Part shown: positions 62,705 through 63,323 of the stretch, in pieces | How positions within the stretch are numbered: position 1 is the stretch's first letter | How the letters are laid out: each line of letters begins with the position of its first letter | Origin: a virus | Lineage: Duplodnaviria > Caudoviricetes | Direction: 5' to 3' (one strand) | Length of the DNA stretch: 63,323 nt | IMG/VR virus record: IMGVR_UViG_3300023284_000199 | Coordinates: 1-63,323 of that record | Translations under genes and position numbers: made by a program | Notes under the pieces: model-generated | What the model saw: the letters and a program-made list of their open reading frames with translations, nothing else | Database searches by the model: none | Told to the model about the DNA's origin: nothing

Positions 62705-63319
62705 TCAGTCCTTAGCTTCAGCGTTCAATTGATCCAAGAAATCCTGATAGTTATCTTCAGTTAATTCAGGAGTCCGTGCAGCTTTAAACTCAGCTAGAAG
62801 TGCTTTGACTTTAGCCGTGGTGATTTTCTTATCTGCCACCAATCGAGCTATGTCCGTTTGAATTTCTTTAGGATTGAATCCTGTTTTTTCACCTTCAGGT
62901 AAATCCCCATCACTATCATCAGGCAGATCATCTACAACGTCTTCTGTCTTTTTTTCAGCAGGCTTATCATCAGGCAGATCATCTACAACCTGTCCAGCAG
63001 CAGCCGCTATCTCTGTTTCTGTAGCTTCTCTATTCAAACGATCATCATCTGTTTCAGGATCACCGGGCAGATCGTCTACAACCTTAGACTTCTTTTCGAC
63101 CTTGGCTTCTGCTTCTACTTTTTCAGCAACAGCATTAGCCTTGGTTCTCAAACCGGTTAAAACTCCTTCACGAACCTGATTTACAAGTCGATCCATTTCA
63201 GCCACATGATCATCACTTTCATCAAGCGTAGCTTTCAATTTGACTTCAATTTCCAACGGCTCATAATCCCGAACTTGGACTCGCCGCATGTACTTAACTT
63301 GTGCATCATATACTTGCAT
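62705..63319 (-). CDS. acidic replication-module protein with repeated VVDDLP motifs
   Basis: 204 aa; C-terminal VKALLAEF.A....EL...NY..FL typical of the gene preceding DUF2800; start lies at the window edge. Confidence 0.7.
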   Translation of the reverse strand: MQVYDAQVKYMRRVQVRDYEPLEIEVKLKATLDESDDHVAEMDRLVNQVREGVLTGLRTKANAVAEKVEAEAKVEKKSKVVDDLPGDPETDDDRLNREATETEIAAAAGQVVDDLPDDKPAEKKTEDVVDDLPDDSDGDLPEGEKTGFNPKEIQTDIARLVADKKITTAKVKALLAEFKAARTPELTEDNYQDFLDQLNAEAKD

Positions 63320-63323
63320 CAGA

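Overview
This is a 63-kb section of a tailed dsDNA siphovirus. It has a YuA/phiJL001-type head and neck module and a GTA-like tail tip. An alphaproteobacterial host is inferred from GTTC-N7-GTTC boxes, GANTC enrichment, GTA-like tail genes and a His tRNA lacking G-1. Layout from left to right: (1) small leftward early genes (1-2.8 kb). (2) A ~5.5-kb segment (2.95-8.54 kb) bracketed by a 24-bp near-perfect direct repeat. It encodes a MoxR-type AAA+ ATPase and its partner. It is packed with host-protein binding motifs: about 20 alphaproteobacterial LexA boxes in four arrays, about 80 GANTC sites in 4 kb (hand counts), IHF sites, TGTGA-N8-TCACA palindromes and a GGGCAGCTT repeat. (3) Rightward small genes, terminase large subunit, a portal fused in frame to a terminase-small-subunit-like domain, scaffold, capsid, neck, tail, tape measure, tail tip, two paralogous fibres and lysis genes (8.6-48.5 kb). 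(4) A cluster of 22 tRNA genes covering 19 amino acids (no Gln), interleaved with five non-canonical tRNA-like or structured RNAs (48.5-52.2 kb). (5) Leftward nucleotide-metabolism and replication genes: class II RNR, DUF5664, NDT, MazG, metallophosphoesterase, RuvC, family A polymerase, SSB and DUF2800 (52.4-63.3 kb). No integrase, repressor, reverse transcriptase or CRISPR array is visible. The best candidate for an undescribed system is the LexA-box/GANTC 'host-factor landing pad or decoy' segment, followed by the portal-TerS fusion and the tRNA mimics. All family calls come from motif recognition by eye; no searches were run.
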